IMG/VR virus record: IMGVR_UViG_3300012663_000597
Location: 1 to 49,795 of that record
Source of the DNA: a virus
Taxonomy: Duplodnaviria > Caudoviricetes
Direction: 5' to 3' (one strand)
DNA: 49,795 bases
Shown here piece by piece: positions 47,301-49,795 of the stretch. The notes under the pieces were generated by a model. The model was not told the origin of the DNA and did not search any database. It saw only the letters and a program-made list of their open reading frames with translations. The stretch's first letter is position 1, and every line of letters begins with the position of its first letter. The translations under genes and the position numbers were made by a program.

Positions 47301-49795
47301 GCACTAGTAATGTTTAGTGTTTGGCTATTAAATAATACTTCTCCGGTCTTTTGATTTACATAAAAACTATCGCCAACTTTAAAGTTACCTTCGTTATCTA
47401 CACTAGTGTAGTAAATCTTAGCACCGTTTAATTCAACTACTTCATTAGCAGCAATCCTGTCGTTAGGATCGTTTGTTGCTAATTTACCAGAACCAATATA
47501 CGCAAAGTTTTGTGATATTAGATAAGCAATAACGCCTACGCCAGTTCCGTGTGCGCCATAGTTACCATAAACGTTTGCAGAACCAATAGCACGAATTTCA
47601 GCACCAAAGTCTGAATAGTCTGCAAAGTTAATTAATTGTGCTGTACCGCCTGCACTAGTTCTTAGGTCCTGAAATGTAATACCGTCGTCTAAGAATGCTG
47701 TTGAATTATTAAGTCCATTAAAGTGCAGTAGGAGTACTGTGTTTAAATCGCTAGTGACTGCGGTAGTTGGTGCAGTAAATGTTCCAGTAAATCTAGCAAC
47801 ATTACTAATTCTAAAATCATCAATGTAACCTGCATATGCAGTTACGCCAAGATTAGTAGCACCTATTGTTAAAGAATATGGTGCAGAATAATTATTAGTG
47901 TCAGTGTATGTTGAACCGGCTTGCGCTCCGTTGATCCACATTTTAGTACTGCCACTAGCACGACTAACGGCAACGTGTACCCAGGTGTTTAAAGTTAATG
48001 CGCTTCCAGTAATTACTGTGGCACCATTAACGGCATAACGTAATACACCTGTAGAACTTAAATTAAGTTGATGGAAAGGAGTGCTGCCAGTTTGTGGTCT
48101 AAAATCTACTAAGGTAGACAGCGCCGTGTTAGTTCTATAGAACCAGCCATCAAATTCAAAATTGCCTGTTCCAAAACTAAAATCTGAAGTTGCAGCAACC
48201 GTTGCATAATCATCAGTGCCGTCTAGAGACAAACTTGCTGTCCCAAACTTTTTAATACTTGTAGAAAGTTTGGCGTTTCCTTGAGCGTAAACTGTTTTAC
48301 TGACTCGATCTGTAATTGTTTGAAACCCTAACTGTCTACCGGTAAGATTTACATAATTTCCGTCAATGCTGGCAATTGTTCCTGTACCTAATACAGTTGT
48401 TCCATCAGTATCATAGTAATTTAAAGTATTGCCAACAGCCCAAGTGCCTACTCGATTATCAATTCGTAATCGTGTTAAACCTGCTCCAGCAAAGCCAGAT
48501 GCACTTGAATAGGCATATAAACCTTTGTCGGCAAAGTAGGTAAAACTGTTTAACCACTCGATGCGTACACCGTTAGTTGCAGTAATCGTTTCTTGATTTG
48601 GTGTGAAGAATGTACAACTATGAAATAACATAGCAGCTTCTTTGCTGTCTGCATTAACTACACTACCATCTAACAACGCACCCTTACCAGCATCATTTTG
48701 ATCAAAGCCGTAAGGATCTGAACCACTAGTAACGCTACCGCGTGTAATAACTGTTACGTTTCTAATGTATGGACTACGGGTAGTTACTTTAAAGTTGCTA
48801 GCAAAACGGAATCCATATCCAGTATTGTTGCCGGAGTTAAATCTAAATCCACTAATTGTTAAATCTTCAACTGTAGTTTCACCGTTGATTAAAAATGCAT
48901 CTTTATCAACAGTTCCTACCGTAGGTCGAATGTCTACTGATCGTAGACTTGCGCCACGGATTGTTACTCCTACCGGTATAGTTAGTGGAAACTCTTCTAA
49001 GTATTCACCGGGGTAGATAAAAACTGTATCGCCGCTAACTGCTTGGCTTAGGGCATGTTTTACTGTTAAGAACGGATCGTTTTCGTGAGTTCCAGTAGCA
49101 GCATCATCGCCCGCAGTAGCTACATAGATAATATTACCCTGAGGTAATGTTAAATCAATACCGTTTACAATAAAGTTAGCAGTGGTAAATGACTCTGCAA
49201 ATAAATCTTTAACGTATAAATTATTCCAACGATTAGTATTAGTACCTAATGTATATTTTGGTTCAGACGTAATATCGTCTAACCCTGGAATAAGGTCGCT
49301 TGTAATTTCAGCTGTAAAAGTGATAGTATCTTCTGCTAAATTATTACCTAGCTGAATATCCCCGTCAGCTGTAATAGTGCCAGTAGCATGCAAATTGCCA
49401 TTGACTAACACATTACTGTTAATGTTTACTTCACCAGTGCCTACTGTGTTAATTTCTAAATCAAGATCAGTTGCAGTTGTTTCTATAGTGTTTGCAGATA
49501 TTTGCAAATCACCTGTGACAATTTTACCTTGATAAACAACTGCATTTGCGCCGCTTGGCTGCAGAGTAATTTGTGAGTTAGAACTAGAAATTGTACTACC
49601 AGCAATGTTAAACGTGGCAATATCAGCTTCAGTAGTTATTAAATTTGTAGTACGTGTTGTACCGTTTACAGTTAAGTCGTGCGTTGGGTTGGCTGTCTTA
49701 ACACCAACTCGGCCGTTTACAACGTCTAGATATAATAGGTCGGTCTCAAAGGCAAGCGGAACTCCATCTCGTAAGAGATTAGCCTTTAAGAGCGG
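44357..49795 (-). CDS. Long tail fibre-like protein (>1812 aa, 5' partial) with beta-helix, LamG and repeat shaft
   Basis: The frame stays open from the tracked TTG at 49507 to the window end (PLLKANLLRDGVPLAFETDLLYLDV...). LamG-like 'LSLDGTDDY...W.HVAVSR...GYIDDFRIS...LLLHFNG'; 'GMIRYN....EGYNG..W' fibre motifs. Confidence 0.82.
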   Translation of the reverse strand, partial: PLLKANLLRDGVPLAFETDLLYLDVVNGRVGVKTANPTHDLTVNGTTRTTNLITTEADIATFNIAGSTISSSNSQITLQPSGANAVVYQGKIVTGDLQISANTIETTATDLDLEINTVGTGEVNINSNVLVNGNLHATGTITADGDIQLGNNLAEDTITFTAEITSDLIPGLDDITSEPKYTLGTNTNRWNNLYVKDLFAESFTTANFIVNGIDLTLPQGNIIYVATAGDDAATGTHENDPFLTVKHALSQAVSGDTVFIYPGEYLEEFPLTIPVGVTIRGASLRSVDIRPTVGTVDKDAFLINGETTVEDLTISGFRFNSGNNTGYGFRFASNFKVTTRSPYIRNVTVITRGSVTSGSDPYGFDQNDAGKGALLDGSVVNADSKEAAMLFHSCTFFTPNQETITATNGVRIEWLNSFTYFADKGLYAYSSASGFAGAGLTRLRIDNRVGTWAVGNTLNYYDTDGTTVLGTGTIASIDGNYVNLTGRQLGFQTITDRVSKTVYAQGNAKLSTSIKKFGTASLSLDGTDDYATVAATSDFSFGTGNFEFDGWFYRTNTALSTLVDFRPQTGSTPFHQLNLSSTGVLRYAVNGATVITGSALTLNTWVHVAVSRASGSTKMWINGAQAGSTYTDTNNYSAPYSLTIGATNLGVTAYAGYIDDFRISNVARFTGTFTAPTTAVTSDLNTVLLLHFNGLNNSTAFLDDGITFQDLRTSAGGTAQLINFADYSDFGAEIRAIGSANVYGNYGAHGTGVGVIAYLISQNFAYIGSGKLATNDPNDRIAANEVVELNGAKIYYTSVDNEGNFKVGDSFYVNQKTGEVLFNSQTLNITSATGVTFTDGTNTTLITPTNIDTGNIRISGNTVESLTGNLNITAASGVINLQNNTFITGDLDVTGDITLGGNIQIGDQTTDTIQFVGGINSNLIPATTNFYNLGSSVDDLWWKNIYLNRAEIDGVVIDNNQISTTIGNDDLTLVANGTGRIYIPSSDVQIDQNLNITGTLYAGTFDVTNTLTANIFTTGDIEINDNYITTTLAASDLILSANGAGRVYVTGTDVEIAQTLSVTGLTTLDDLDINGNVVQFGDVEQTGNVIQTGTYHLTGGLTVDGQIAQFQDIKLDANLLTTTATNSDLIIVANGAGKVYIPSNDVQIDQNLTVLGVLDAGSIDVTNTLTSNIFTTGDIEINDNYITTTLPASDLELKANNTGKITVPTNDVSITQQLGVTGLTTLGNVDINGNVVQFGDVEQTGNVIQTGTYTLTGELTVDGQIAQFQDIKLDANLLTTTVTNSDLIIVANGTGKVYIPSNDVQIDQNLTVLGTLDAGTIDVTNTLTSNIFTTGDIEINDNYITTTLPASDLELKANGIGKITVPTNDVAITQQLGVTGLTTLGNVDINGNVIQYGDVTQTGNVIQTGTYDLTGKLTVDGQVTQFANIKLDNNLITTTVGNSNLELVADGTGKVYIPSNDVQIDQSLTVTQNLTVTTGTTYLKATSVTGTITQTGDINQTGNFTTSGNTEVTGNITATGYLDLPAINITGTTITTKVAGTDLNLVANGTGNVVIEGIKISDNNIQSVVTNSDITLTPQGTGSVVVNSNQSLILPIGDNSQRPLTPTNGMIRYNNQIGRYEGYNGSYWLPMSGVQDVDGNTYITAEATPGANDNTLRFYADNSLMVTIDSTKLFAERLQTTALDIQNNTITTIVNNTDINLTTPGTGGVKVGNLRIRNNTITNTVAGAVTEFLQTTTGYVKIAGTNGVVIPAGDTEFDRPVVPELGMIRYNTVLQLVEIYNGVTWTSVAGTSSGISEAQATDIGILTALLFG
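45400..46880. repeat. Intragenic tandem repeat, period 474 bp (158 aa), about 3 copies
   Basis: 'gatcaat(t/c)tgtacatca' recurs at 45400, 45874, 46348 and 46822. Confidence 0.9.

Noticed and set aside
24574-49016. Many short plus-strand and nested ORFs opposite or within the fibre genes
   Set aside because: Antisense or off-frame shadows of Thr/Gly/Val-rich coding sequence; no independent signals.
1-49795. Stop-codon reassignment
   Set aside because: ORFs up to 8.7 kb are intact and densely packed under the standard code; no read-through is needed.
1-49795. CRISPR array, tRNA, intron or intein
   Set aside because: Intergenic gaps are about 110 bp or less with no repeat-spacer or cloverleaf pattern seen; protein insertions show no intein terminal motifs by eye. 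Not verified computationally.

Overview
This window is a fragment of a large T4-like (contractile-tail, probably jumbo) phage genome, mostly coded on the minus strand. The left part holds the virion morphogenesis genes: putative terminase small subunit, head-completion nuclease gp4, tail tube gp19 plus a tube-like paralog, an enlarged sheath gp18, and neck/terminator gp13, gp14 and gp15. It also holds a dNMP kinase, an HNH-like Zn-finger protein and a NUDIX hydrolase. From about 12.7 to 23.6 kb lies an 11-gene tailoring-enzyme island: 3 flavin-dependent halogenase homologs, 6 Fe(II)/2OG-oxygenase-fold proteins (5 with an HxH...H triad), a NodU/CmcH carbamoyltransferase and a GT9-like glycosyltransferase. 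The island is flanked internally by a mirror-image pair of putative late promoter+RBS cassettes and abuts a tail-fibre chaperone and a tail fibre with a Gly/Cys-rich tip. The right part encodes three very large modular fibre/baseplate-appendage proteins (2890, 2654 and >1812 aa). The best candidate for an undescribed system is a late-expressed virion (tail-fibre) chemical decoration pathway. Other notable signals are likely leaderless late mRNAs, a 70-bp frameshifting duplication, 474-bp intragenic repeats and phycobiliprotein-like helical motifs in the giant fibres. All protein calls come from motif recognition by eye; no database searches were run.
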